In this document: positions 10,247-20,129 of the stretch, in pieces | Layout of the letters: each line of letters opens with the position of its first letter | Position numbering within the stretch: position 1 is the first letter of the stretch | Assembly: GCA_963715195.1 (NCBI GenBank) | Contig: CAVQRT010000003.1 | Span: 64,001-128,000 of the forward strand | From: Thermodesulfovibrionales bacterium | Lineage (GTDB): Bacteria; Nitrospirota; Thermodesulfovibrionia; Thermodesulfovibrionales; SM23-35 | Reading direction: 5' to 3' | Length of the DNA stretch: 64,000 bases | Translations under genes and position numbers: made by a program | The notes under the pieces: generated by a model | Told to the model about the DNA's origin: nothing | Databases searched by the model: none | What the model saw: only the letters and a program-made list of their open reading frames with translations

Positions 10247-12433
10247 ATGTTTAGGAAAAAATTAATTGTTTTTGGACTTTTAATGGTTGCCGCTCTCTTT
10301 GTGTTCAGTGCAGTATCTTTTGCTGATGAATTGAGTGAAATCCGGGAAGCCATAAAGGCAAAAAAAGCGAAGTGGGTTGCCGGCAAAACATCAATGATGA
10401 TGCTCTCACCAGAAGAGAGAAGGATGCGTCTTGGTCTTGGTCACTTCAAGGGTATCCCTGAAGATGAGGGCATTCCGTACGAAGAGACATTTACTGCGGT
10501 TCCGGCAACCTTCGACTGGAGGAATATTGATGGAAATGGGAAAAGCTATGTAACCCCCGTCCGGAATCAAAGAAGCTGCGGAAGTTGCTGGGCGTTTGCT
10601 GCTGCGGCCGGACTTGAGTCGTATACTCTCATGACGGAGAATATGCCGAATATCAACCTGGATCTCGGAGAGCAGATACTTATTTCGTGTTATAACACGA
10701 ACGGATGCAGTGGGGGATCACCTTCTGGTGCATCATCTTACATCAAGACCACAGGATTGCCATTGGAGTCATGTTTTCCCTATGAGGCATATGACGCCAA
10801 TGACGGAGGGAACTCGGTTTTCTGCAGTGAAGCATGTGACAACTGGCAGCAGAATACATATAAAATTTTAGCCTACGGCTCCGTATCCAAAAATGTATCT
10901 GCAATCAAGGATGCACTCGTCAGTTACGGTCCTTTGGTGACAACGTTCAGTGTATATTCAGACTTTTACAGTTATAACGGTGGAATCTATTCTTATACCA
11001 CTGGTACGTATCAAGGCGGACATGCGGTACTAATCATAGGATATGATGATGGAAACCAGTGCTTTATCGTAAAAAACAGTTGGGGAACAGGTTGGGGTGA
11101 GGCCGGGTATTTCAGGATTGACTATAGTGAACTTAATACTGCAGTTAATTTTGGCGCTGGTACGCTCACCTATTATGGGTCTCTGGAAGTAGCTTGTTCA
11201 ATTCATGCTGAGTGCGATGACTCAAATGTATGCACAGCGGATGTTTGCATAAATTCAGGAACAGCCGAAGCTTATTGCTCGAATACACCACAGGCAGGAT
11301 CGTGTGATGACGGCTTGTTCTGTACAGTAAGCGATATATGTACAGATGGTTTGTGTAGTGGAGTAGCAAGAGTTTGTTCAGATGGTATAGCATGTACAAC
11401 AGATAGCTGCGATGAGGTAAATAATAATTGTATCCATGCACCTCAAGACTCACTTTGTGATGATGGCTTGTTCTGTAACGGGACAGAGCACTGTGACGCA
11501 ATGAATGACTGTGTGTCAACTGGTGATCCGTGTCCAGCAGGAACAACTTGTAATGAGACTGCAAATACCTGTTATTCAGATGCAGTTTGCGGCGATGGCG
11601 TAGTCGAAGGAATAGAGGAGTGTGATGATAGCAACAGGGCTGACGGCGACTGCTGTTCTTCAAACTGCACGCATGAGGCAAGTGGCAGTTCATGCTCAGA
11701 CGGGGAATTCTGTAACGGCGTTGAGACATGCGATGGTGCAGGGGTATGCCGGGCAGGCATGCCGGTAAGCTGTGATGATGGTGTTGATTGTACAGCTGAT
11801 TCCTGTAACGAAGCCACTAATCAGTGCGATAACACGCCAAATGATGCTGACTGTCCTGATGATGGCTCGTTCTGTAACGGGACAGAGCACTGTGATGCAA
11901 CGGGTGGCTGTCAGTCAACTGGCAATCCCTGTTCAGTGGGCAATGACTTGCAATGAAGAAACAGATATCTGTGACAGGCTGCTGGAGACGGAATATGTGA
12001 AGGACGGCCACTTGAGGACTGTAGCAGTTGTCCTTCTGATTGCCCTGGGAAGAATGTTGGTAAACCAAGCAAAAGATGGTGTTGTGGAGATGGAGATTGC
12101 CAAAGTGATCTGGGCGAAACAGCAACTATTTGCCCGGTAGATTGTGGTACACCGCCGTCACCGCCAGTTTGCGGCGACGGAACCTGTGATCCTAATGAGG
12201 ACACGTGCAATTGTTCAAAAGACTGCGGCGTGCAGGATTCTGTTGAGGTCACTTGCAATGACGGCATCGATAATGACTGTGACAGTTTTATCGACTGCAG
12301 CGACAGTGATTGCACCAGCGATTCAGCGTGCGACGGGCAATGCTCTCAGTTTAAACAACCATGCAATGCCGACTCTGACTGCTGCGCGGGTTTAACGTGC
12401 CATCCTAACAAAGGCTATTGCGATAGTAATTGA
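10247..12433 (+). CDS. Secreted papain-family (C1A) cysteine protease with long Cys-rich repeat tail; two compensating frameshifts near 11940-11985
   Basis: SD AGGAGG, signal peptide, QRSCGSCWAF, GGHAVLIIGY, KNSWG. CDDGLFC/CGDG repeats continue through a +1 frame (MTCNEETDICD) and return to the original frame, ending at YCDSN* (12433). Confidence 0.88.
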
Positions 12434-12462
12434 CATTTGAAATTTTATGATCGAAATAGATG

Positions 12463-12497
12463 AAGGCAGAGTCAGCAATGGCTCTGCCTTTTTTGTT
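12463..12497 (+). terminator. Intrinsic terminator after the protease
   Basis: AAGGCAGAGTC-loop-GGCTCTGCCTT hairpin followed by a T run. Confidence 0.85.
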
Positions 12498-12690
12498 TGT
12501 TTCATCATACATTAACGAATTGCTTGTTGCCGTGACAGTCAACAACAAACTTACTTGTGCCTTAGCGAAAAGCTGATAGCATCTTGCCTCACGCAAAAAT
12601 CTACTCGAAATGATACGTTGACTTGACTGTTCTGTTGCGTTACTCTAATGAACGAAAAAAGACTCCATCAAAAGAGGGAACCAGACCAGT

Positions 12691-13278
12691 ATGAAAGATA
12701 AAATCCGCAGGGTATTCGAAGAGAGCATTCAGGTTACGGAAAAATTCCTTGATGAAAAGAATATCGACAGAATCTGTGAGGTTTCAAAGGTCATTGCCGG
12801 CGCGTTCAATGACGGAAAGAAACTGATCCTGTTCGGCAATGGCGGGAGTTCTGCAGATGCCTCCCACATCGCAGCAGAGTTTATCAACCGGTTCAAACGG
12901 GAACGCCCGGGACTTCCGGCTATCGCCCTCAACACCGATATGGCAGTGATAACCTCGATCGCCAATGATTATGATTTTTCCGAGATATTCGCAAAGCAGC
13001 TGAAAGCAATCTCCGAAGAAGGCGATGTTGTCATCGCGATGAGCACCAGCGGGAATTCTCCGAATATCCTGAAGGCAATGGATGTCGCCAAGAAGAAGAA
13101 ACTCGTGACCATTGCTTTTACAGGCCTCAAGGGTGAGAAGTTTGCAGCGAAAGCACAGTATGCCTTTACCGTACCTTCAGATAGTACCCCCCGGATTCAG
13201 GAGACCCACATAACGCTCGGACATGTTATTTGCCAGATGGTTGAGGAAATCCTTTTCGAGGTGCCAAGAAAAAAATAA
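12691..13278 (+). CDS. gmhA: D-sedoheptulose-7-phosphate isomerase
   Basis: GNGGSSADASHIAAE, ANDY, STSGNSPN, TPRIQETH. Confidence 0.95.
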   Translation: MKDKIRRVFEESIQVTEKFLDEKNIDRICEVSKVIAGAFNDGKKLILFGNGGSSADASHIAAEFINRFKRERPGLPAIALNTDMAVITSIANDYDFSEIFAKQLKAISEEGDVVIAMSTSGNSPNILKAMDVAKKKKLVTIAFTGLKGEKFAAKAQYAFTVPSDSTPRIQETHITLGHVICQMVEEILFEVPRKK

Positions 13279-13294
13279 TGATTCTTTCTGCTTG

Positions 13295-13780
13295 ATGATC
13301 ATTCTCGGGATAGACCCAGGTCTGACAACGACAGGATTCGGCGGAATTCTCTGTAATAATGCCACCCCTTCCCTGCTCACGTGCGGATCCATAAAAACTG
13401 TCCCTCGGGATCATATCTCCCGGAGGCTGTTTCAGATCCACACGGATATCAATACACTCATTCATTCCCTCCGGCCTGATTTGGTAGCAGTTGAGAATGC
13501 GTTCTCGCTCGTGAGGTATCCCAGGGCCGGTATATTATTGGGCGGAGTTTTGGGTATTATATATCTGTCCGTTTTCAACCATAGGGTATCCATGGTTGAA
13601 CTGACGCCGAGAGAAGTAAAGAAGGCCCTGGCAGGCTTTGGTGGAGCAGGGAAAGTGCAGATGAAATCCGCTGTCGAGCGTTTACTGAATATCGACGATA
13701 TACAGTCATCACATGCTTCTGATGCACTCGCTGTTGCGCTGACCGCATTTTACCGGAAAAGTACGAGAGTGAAACGGTGA
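13295..13780 (+). CDS. ruvC: Holliday junction resolvase RuvC
   Basis: MIILGIDPG, AVE, VKKALAGFGGAGK, HASDALAVA; precedes ruvA and ruvB. Confidence 0.92.
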   Translation: MIILGIDPGLTTTGFGGILCNNATPSLLTCGSIKTVPRDHISRRLFQIHTDINTLIHSLRPDLVAVENAFSLVRYPRAGILLGGVLGIIYLSVFNHRVSMVELTPREVKKALAGFGGAGKVQMKSAVERLLNIDDIQSSHASDALAVALTAFYRKSTRVKR

Positions 13781-14397
13781 TTTCTTACCTCAAAGGAACC
13801 ATGCAAAAGAGTTACGCCCACGATGACAGGATAACACTGATTGTCAACGGCGTTGGGTATGAGATACTGATACCGGCCTTCGTGATGAAGAAGATAAAAC
13901 ACGAAAACCCTGAAGGCAGTGCGCTGGAACTCTTTCTTTCCTATAATCAGACTGAGCGACAACCGAAACCTGTTCTTGTCGGCTTCCAGTCACCTCTGGA
14001 CAAGGAATTTTTCGAGCTCTTTATCTCCGTGGAAGATATCGGTCCAGCCGCAGCGGTTAAAGCTCTCACGAAACCAATAAGAGACATCGCCCGTTCGATC
14101 GAGGATAAAGATACAAAGGCTTTAAAACAGTTAAAAGGAATAGGCGAAAGAAAAGCCGAAAAGATCATTGCAACGCTCAAAGGCAAAGTTGCAAAATATG
14201 CACTTATGCCGGAAGTTGAGATTGCGCCTGAAGTCGTTGAGGACTTCCGGAAAGAAGTAGCGGATGTCCTCGTCAACCAACTCGGTCACAAGCACCTGGA
14301 AGCCCGAACAATGATCGAAGAGGCAATGAAGAGAAATCCGGGGATAAGTTCTTCTGAGGAATTATTCGAGGAAGTTTACCGGGGACAGAAGACATGA
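13777..14397 (+). CDS. ruvA: Holliday junction DNA-binding protein RuvA
   Basis: [15 protein letters not shown], HhH motifs IGPAAA and [10 protein letters not shown]. Confidence 0.93.
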   Translation: MISYLKGTMQKSYAHDDRITLIVNGVGYEILIPAFVMKKIKHENPEGSALELFLSYNQTERQPKPVLVGFQSPLDKEFFELFISVEDIGPAAAVKALTKPIRDIARSIEDKDTKALKQLKGIGERKAEKIIATLKGKVAKYALMPEVEIAPEVVEDFRKEVADVLVNQLGHKHLEARTMIEEAMKRNPGISSSEELFEEVYRGQKT

Positions 14398-15455
14398 TAC
14401 ACGAAGAATCCAACCAGGCTGATATGCTCCGGGATAATAATCCCCAGGATGAAGAACTGATTTTTTCTTTGCGGCCGGTTCATATTGCAGAGTATATAGG
14501 GCAACGGAATATTGTCGAAACTCTGAATATAGCAATTGAAGCGGCATTGCAAAGGAAAGAAGCGTTGGATCATGTGCTCTTTAACGGGCCCCCGGGGCTC
14601 GGGAAGACAACTCTGGCACATATCATAGCAAACGAGATGGGGACAAAGATTATCACCTCTTCAGGTCCTGCCCTGGAGAAAGGCGGGGATCTCATGGGAA
14701 TTCTTACTCATCTCGAAAGAGGCGACATTCTTTTCATCGATGAAATACACAGGATACCGAAAATTGTTGAGGAATTCCTCTACCCGGCCATGGAAGATTT
14801 TGCGGTGGATTTCATATTCGACAAGGGTGTGCATGCGCGGACCCACCGGTACAGGCTCGAACCGTTCACCCTGATTGGCGCAACGACACGTTCCGGACTT
14901 CTTTCCTCTCCCTTAAGGGAGCGTTTCGGTATCACCCGTGACCTTGATTTTTACGATGAGAGCGATCTCATTCTCATCATAAAGCGTTCCGCGTCGATTC
15001 TTGAGATACCAGTAGATCATGAAGGGGCTTATGAGATAGCCCGCAGGGCACGGGGCACTCCTCGTGTTGCCAACAGGCTCCTGAAAAGGGTCCGTGATTA
15101 TGCCCAGGTAAGAGCCGATGGAAGCATAACGCATGCAGTTGCCAGGGAGGCATTGGCCTTGGAGGGAATAGACGAATTTGGACTGGGAGTAACAGACAGA
15201 AAGCTCCTCAGTACAATCATTTTCAACTACAAAGGCGGCCCGGCCGGGATAGAAGCGCTCGCATCCACTCTGCAAATAGAAACCGACGTCCTGCTTGATG
15301 TCATTGAGCCGTTTTTGCTCAAAACAGGATTCGTTATAAGAACGTCACAGGGAAGAAAGGCCACGGAAAAGGCATACGCCCTTCTTGATATCCCGTTCAA
15401 ACATGAAATGAGTCTGTTCGCGGGCGGCAAAGGCAAACGGGAACCGCAGTCATGA
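14394..15455 (+). CDS. ruvB: Holliday junction helicase RuvB
   Basis: [38 protein letters not shown]. Confidence 0.97.
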   Translation: MIHEESNQADMLRDNNPQDEELIFSLRPVHIAEYIGQRNIVETLNIAIEAALQRKEALDHVLFNGPPGLGKTTLAHIIANEMGTKIITSSGPALEKGGDLMGILTHLERGDILFIDEIHRIPKIVEEFLYPAMEDFAVDFIFDKGVHARTHRYRLEPFTLIGATTRSGLLSSPLRERFGITRDLDFYDESDLILIIKRSASILEIPVDHEGAYEIARRARGTPRVANRLLKRVRDYAQVRADGSITHAVAREALALEGIDEFGLGVTDRKLLSTIIFNYKGGPAGIEALASTLQIETDVLLDVIEPFLLKTGFVIRTSQGRKATEKAYALLDIPFKHEMSLFAGGKGKREPQS

Positions 15456-16039
15456 AGCTCCTCATGCATATCTGCTGTTCAAACTGCTTTCTGTATCCTC
15501 TGCAAGCCCTGTCATCAAGAAATATTGCTATCAGAGGCTTCTGGTACAATCCGAACATCCATCCGTATACTGAATATGCACTTCGTCTGGAATCACTCCG
15601 GCGGCTGCAAAATGAATGGAACCTTGACATTGAATACGCCGACGCGTACGGTCTGAAAGAATTCTTAAGAGCGGTCGTGAATGAGGAGGACAAGAGATGT
15701 TCTGTCTGCTATACCATGCGGCTTGAAGAGACAGCCTCAACAGCAAAGCGAATGGGACTCGATGGGTTCACGACCACACTCCTCGTCAGCCCGTATCAGA
15801 AGTTTGACACCATCGTGAGTATCGGGAAGGAGGCCGGAGAAAAGTATGCAATCCCGTTTTATGCTGAAGATTTCAGACCGGGATGGAAAGAAGGCATGAA
15901 AATATCAAGGGAGCTCGGACTTTACCGGCAGAAGTACTGCGGCTGTATTTATTCTGAAATGGAACGATACACCAAGAAACCTCAGATAGTAGACAAGGGA
16001 AATTTAACACCCAGTATGCTGGTGAAAAACCCCCTTTGA
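15452..16039 (+). CDS. queH: Epoxyqueuosine reductase QueH (DUF208)
   Basis: [31 protein letters not shown]; lies near queA. Confidence 0.9.
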   Translation: MKLLMHICCSNCFLYPLQALSSRNIAIRGFWYNPNIHPYTEYALRLESLRRLQNEWNLDIEYADAYGLKEFLRAVVNEEDKRCSVCYTMRLEETASTAKRMGLDGFTTTLLVSPYQKFDTIVSIGKEAGEKYAIPFYAEDFRPGWKEGMKISRELGLYRQKYCGCIYSEMERYTKKPQIVDKGNLTPSMLVKNPL

Positions 16040-16141
16040 CAAATTGTCTTGCTGAGTTTATTTCCCACGCTCAGGGTGACACAAAAAGGCACTTTTTCAG
16101 TAACCTTTTAAAACTGACAACTGATAGGGAACAGGAAAATC

Positions 16142-16369
16142 ATGGTTGACGGGATACAAAACGCCGGGAAATTGCTCATTGTTCTCGGGATCATCATCAT
16201 TGCCCTTGGAGGACTGCTGCTCTTTTCTGGGAAAATCCCCTGGATCGGCAGACTGCCCGGTGATATTCTGATTCAAAAAAAACATTATACGGTTTATTTC
16301 CCGCTCGCAACAAGCATTATCATAAGTCTGATTATCACCCTTATTTTTTGGATTTTCGGGAGAAGATAA
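16142..16369 (+). CDS. DUF2905 small membrane protein
   Basis: GRLPGDI and YFPLATSIIISL motifs; usual position between ruvB and queA. Confidence 0.88.
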   Translation: MVDGIQNAGKLLIVLGIIIIALGGLLLFSGKIPWIGRLPGDILIQKKHYTVYFPLATSIIISLIITLIFWIFGRR

Positions 16370-17391
16370 TGATAAAATCCTTCTGCAAACAGCATACAAA
16401 ATTCATCATCCTTTGCATGCTTATTTCATTTTGTTTTCTTCATTTTCCCTCGTTCGCTTCAGATTCTTCTGCAAACAGCATCAAAATTCTGATCGTGAAT
16501 GAAATCTATCCAAAAATCCCTTCGAGGAATGAGAAAATTGAAAAACTCGGCTCCGTGCAGGGGGAACTCCTTGTCATGGGGTCGCGCTATGCCGGCAATA
16601 TCGATGTGTGGAAGGGTGAGAACGGTTTGTATATCATCAATGAACTGCCGCTCGAGGAGTATGTCAGGGATGTGGTTGCCGCAGAGATCAGTCCTGAATG
16701 GGATATGGAGGCATTGAAGGCACAGGCCGTTGTATCACGAACATACGCCCTCTATCAAAAGACCAAGAACGGCAATTCCCTGTATCACCTCGCATCATCT
16801 GTCCTCCATCAGGTCTACAAAGGGAAAAATACCGACATGCGAATAGCTTACGCTGTTTCAGCGACAACCGGTGAGGTGCTCACGTTTGACGGCACAATTA
16901 TTGAATCCCTCTATCATTCAACCTGTGGCGGAAAAACAGAAAATCCCGGAGAGGTCTTCGCGAAAAATTATCCGTATATGAAATCCGTTGAATCGAACTG
17001 CGACCTGTCACCATATTCGGTGTGGGAGCGGAATATCAGGCTCGATGAAATAGAAAAAGCCCTCGCTATAGAACATATTCAGGATATCAGTATCGAAGCC
17101 TACACATCCACGAACCGTGTCAGGCAGCTGAGCATAAAATCCGGCTTCGGCATCACCACAGTGAACGCAACCGATTTTAGGAAGGCACTCGGTTGGAACC
17201 GGCTCCCGAGTACAAACTTCACCCTCACGCGCACCGGCAGGGAAATTACCTTCCAGGGAAGGGGCTATGGTCATGGCGTCGGCCTCTGCCAGTGGTGTAT
17301 GCTGAGAATGGCACGTGAAGGGAAAAAATATGCGGAAATTCTGTCTTTTTTCTACCCCGGTACGACAATCCAGCTGTATGAAAACCGCTGA
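16369..17391 (+). CDS. SpoIID/LytB-domain protein
   Basis: INELPLEEYVRDVVAAEI, ALKAQAVVSRTYA, YHSTCGG, GRGYGHGVGLCQW. Confidence 0.92.
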   Translation: MIKSFCKQHTKFIILCMLISFCFLHFPSFASDSSANSIKILIVNEIYPKIPSRNEKIEKLGSVQGELLVMGSRYAGNIDVWKGENGLYIINELPLEEYVRDVVAAEISPEWDMEALKAQAVVSRTYALYQKTKNGNSLYHLASSVLHQVYKGKNTDMRIAYAVSATTGEVLTFDGTIIESLYHSTCGGKTENPGEVFAKNYPYMKSVESNCDLSPYSVWERNIRLDEIEKALAIEHIQDISIEAYTSTNRVRQLSIKSGFGITTVNATDFRKALGWNRLPSTNFTLTRTGREITFQGRGYGHGVGLCQWCMLRMAREGKKYAEILSFFYPGTTIQLYENR

Positions 17392-18454
17392 TTTCGACTA
17401 TGTTCTTCCCGAATTCCTGATCGCAGAAAAACCCCTAAAAGAGCGCTCTGTTTCCAGGCTTCTCGTGCTCCACCGGAACGGAAGGACAGAACACCGGCAT
17501 TTTTTCGATCTTCCCTCATACCTTGAGCAGGGAGATACCCTCATCATCAACAACACAAAGGTTTTTCCAGCGCGGCTCACCGGCACAAAAAAAAACGGTA
17601 AAACCCTGGATATCCTCCTCGTGAAAGAAGAATTCCCCGGTACCTGGGAGGTACTTTCGAAGGGAAATTTTTCCGGCAGACTGAGGATATCAGAAGAACT
17701 CGAGGTAGATCTGCAGAGGGGGACATCGGCCCGCTTTCAGTATTCCGGGGATCTTATGGATCTCATATGGAAATATGGGGATATGCCTCTCCCACCCTAT
17801 ATCGGGCGTTCACCTGATCAGTCAGACAAGCAGGCGTACCAGACAGTTTATGCCACAAAAGAAGGTTCCATCGCTGCGCCTACCGCCGGCCTTCATTTCA
17901 CCGGACCCCTTCTCGAAGCTATTGCCTCGAAGGGGGTCAAAATCAGGGAACTCACCCTGCATGTTGGTGTCGGCACATTCAGACCGGTACGAACAAAAAT
18001 GGCAGAAGATCATTGTATGGAAAGGGAATACTTTGAGATCTCAAAGGCAATGATTGCTGAGATACGGGAAGCAAAAGCTGCCAGGAAACGTGTTATTGCA
18101 GTCGGGACAACAACAACGCGTTCCCTGGAGGGGTATTTCAGCGGCAGATTCAACAACGGTTCAAAAATACGATCCTCCCCTGTTTCGCACCCGGAGTCGG
18201 CAGCGCATGATACTCGCGGAGAAGAGATGATGCCTTCCCGCTTCATTGCGGGCACTACAGATATCTTTATCTCGCCGGGGTATGCATTTCAGGTTATCGA
18301 TTCTCTCGTCACCAACTTCCATCTGCCTCGCTCGACTCCCCTTATGCTGGTATCTGCCCTCGCAGGAAGGGAAATGATCCTCACTGCATACAACGAGGCG
18401 ATCTCGAACGGGTATAGATTTCTCTCATATGGTGATGCTATGCTTATCTTATGA
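17378..18454 (+). CDS. queA: S-adenosylmethionine:tRNA ribosyltransferase-isomerase
   Basis: DFDYVLP, PLPPYI, YQTVYA, GSIAAPTAGLHF, AVGTT, TNFHLPRSTP, YRFLSYGDAMLI. Confidence 0.96.
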   Translation: MKTADFDYVLPEFLIAEKPLKERSVSRLLVLHRNGRTEHRHFFDLPSYLEQGDTLIINNTKVFPARLTGTKKNGKTLDILLVKEEFPGTWEVLSKGNFSGRLRISEELEVDLQRGTSARFQYSGDLMDLIWKYGDMPLPPYIGRSPDQSDKQAYQTVYATKEGSIAAPTAGLHFTGPLLEAIASKGVKIRELTLHVGVGTFRPVRTKMAEDHCMEREYFEISKAMIAEIREAKAARKRVIAVGTTTTRSLEGYFSGRFNNGSKIRSSPVSHPESAAHDTRGEEMMPSRFIAGTTDIFISPGYAFQVIDSLVTNFHLPRSTPLMLVSALAGREMILTAYNEAISNGYRFLSYGDAMLIL

Positions 18455-19176
18455 AACGGGGTGATGTTCGGAAGCCCTCTTCGGTCTTTTATATCGGGAA
18501 GGGATTGATTGTTGCGTCGATCGTGATTACCGCTTCCCTCGGTTTTCTGCTCGGTTTTTTTGTCGGGAAAAAATTCCAACCTCTATCGGAAACCCAATCG
18601 GCAAGCATGGTCCTCCCTGAAGGACCGGACCAGTTTCCTCAGGAAGCACCGGGGAAGGAATCGTTGCCGCAACAGCCTGAATTATCCCGGGAGCAGAATG
18701 ATAAACCGCTGAATGAGCAGCAGGAGACCACGCCCGTCAAAGCGCTTCGGGACACGGGTACAATCCCTTCAGAAAAACGTCATGATAAGCCGCAATCGAC
18801 GCCTTCATCGAAGACAACACACGTGCAGGAAACAAAGCCGGCGTCCGGGTCCTCTCAGACGAAACAAACAGCTATCTCCACAGACAAACTACAGCCCACA
18901 GTGACTTCCGTGACACGGAAATATACGGTTCAAATCGGTGCTTTCAAAAACCCTGAGGAGGCAGATGCACTCAGGAACAGAATGAGCAAGAAAGGATACA
19001 AGGCATTCGTCACTACAGCGAAGACGAAAAAACAGGAAATATTGCACAAGGTAATGGTGGGCACTTACACGACCAGGAAAGAAGCAGAGGTTTTATCGAT
19101 TAAACTCAAGAATTCCGAAGGTTTGCGCACGTTCGTCACTTTTTTCATGCAGGAGGGGACAACACGTCACCGGTAG
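18451..19176 (+). CDS. SPOR-domain (FtsN/DedD-like) membrane-anchored protein
   Basis: One N-terminal TM helix, a P/Q/T-rich linker and a C-terminal YTVQIGAF...VMVGTY SPOR domain. Confidence 0.88.
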   Translation: MKRGDVRKPSSVFYIGKGLIVASIVITASLGFLLGFFVGKKFQPLSETQSASMVLPEGPDQFPQEAPGKESLPQQPELSREQNDKPLNEQQETTPVKALRDTGTIPSEKRHDKPQSTPSSKTTHVQETKPASGSSQTKQTAISTDKLQPTVTSVTRKYTVQIGAFKNPEEADALRNRMSKKGYKAFVTTAKTKKQEILHKVMVGTYTTRKEAEVLSIKLKNSEGLRTFVTFFMQEGTTRHR

Positions 19177-20129
19177 AAATCGTATTCGACAGCGAGAAAG
19201 AGCCTGACCTCCTTTATGGCAAGCACGAAAGGGTCCTCAGAATTATCGGGGAAACGCTGGGAATTGTTGTTTCACAGCGGGGCAACAAGATTTTTTTGCA
19301 GGGAGATGATGTGTCAGTCCACAAGGCTGAAAACATTATCAGGGATCTTCGGTCCATAAGCGCCGAAGGATATAACCTCAGCCCTGAAGATATCCGTTAT
19401 GCCCTGAGGTCTATCGCATCCGACGAGCAGATATCAATAAAGGATCTCTTTCTCAATAATATACCCATTTCTTCAAAAAAGCGGTTCATCATACCAAAGA
19501 CGGAAACCCAGAGATTGTATATAGAAAGCATCAGGAATTTCGATATTGTAATAGGCATAGGGCCTGCGGGAACAGGGAAAACGTATCTTGCTATGGCGAT
19601 GGCGGTCAATGCCTTTCTCAAAAAACAGATAAGCAGGATCGTCCTTGCTCGGCCTGCGGTAGAGGCAGGGGAAAAGCTCGGATTCCTTCCCGGCGATATG
19701 TTCGAAAAAGTGAATCCTTACCTGAGACCGCTCTATGATGCCCTGTTCGACATGATGGAGGCTGAAAAAGTCGTAAAACTGATCGATCGCGGTACAATCG
19801 AGATTGCCCCCCTGGCGTTTATGAGGGGAAGAACCCTTAATGACTCCTTCATTATCCTCGATGAAGCACAAAATACCACTTCGGAGCAGATGAAGATGTA
19901 CCTGACCCGTCTTGGGTTTAATTCGAAAACTGTTATAACCGGGGATATCACCCAGATAGACCTTCCGCAGGGAAGGTCTTCCGGGCTTATAGAGGCAGAA
20001 AAGATCCTGAATAATATCGAGGGAATCAAAGTTATTTATTTTTCAGAGCGGGATGTCGTAAGGCACAAGCTTGTCCAGAAAATTATTCAGGCCTACGAAA
20101 AATATGAAAAACGGACAGCAGAAGAATAA
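19164..20129 (+). CDS. phoH: PhoH-family ATPase (apparent ACG start at 19164; first canonical start is TTG 19296)
   Basis: GPAGTGKTYLA, RPAVEAGEKLGFLPGD, PLAFMRGRT, DEAQN, GDITQIDLP. The PhoH-like N-terminus (LLYGKHERVLRIIGETLGIVVSQRGNKI) extends upstream of 19296. Confidence 0.93.
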   Translation, partial: TSPVEIVFDSEKEPDLLYGKHERVLRIIGETLGIVVSQRGNKIFLQGDDVSVHKAENIIRDLRSISAEGYNLSPEDIRYALRSIASDEQISIKDLFLNNIPISSKKRFIIPKTETQRLYIESIRNFDIVIGIGPAGTGKTYLAMAMAVNAFLKKQISRIVLARPAVEAGEKLGFLPGDMFEKVNPYLRPLYDALFDMMEAEKVVKLIDRGTIEIAPLAFMRGRTLNDSFIILDEAQNTTSEQMKMYLTRLGFNSKTVITGDITQIDLPQGRSSGLIEAEKILNNIEGIKVIYFSERDVVRHKLVQKIIQAYEKYEKRTAEE

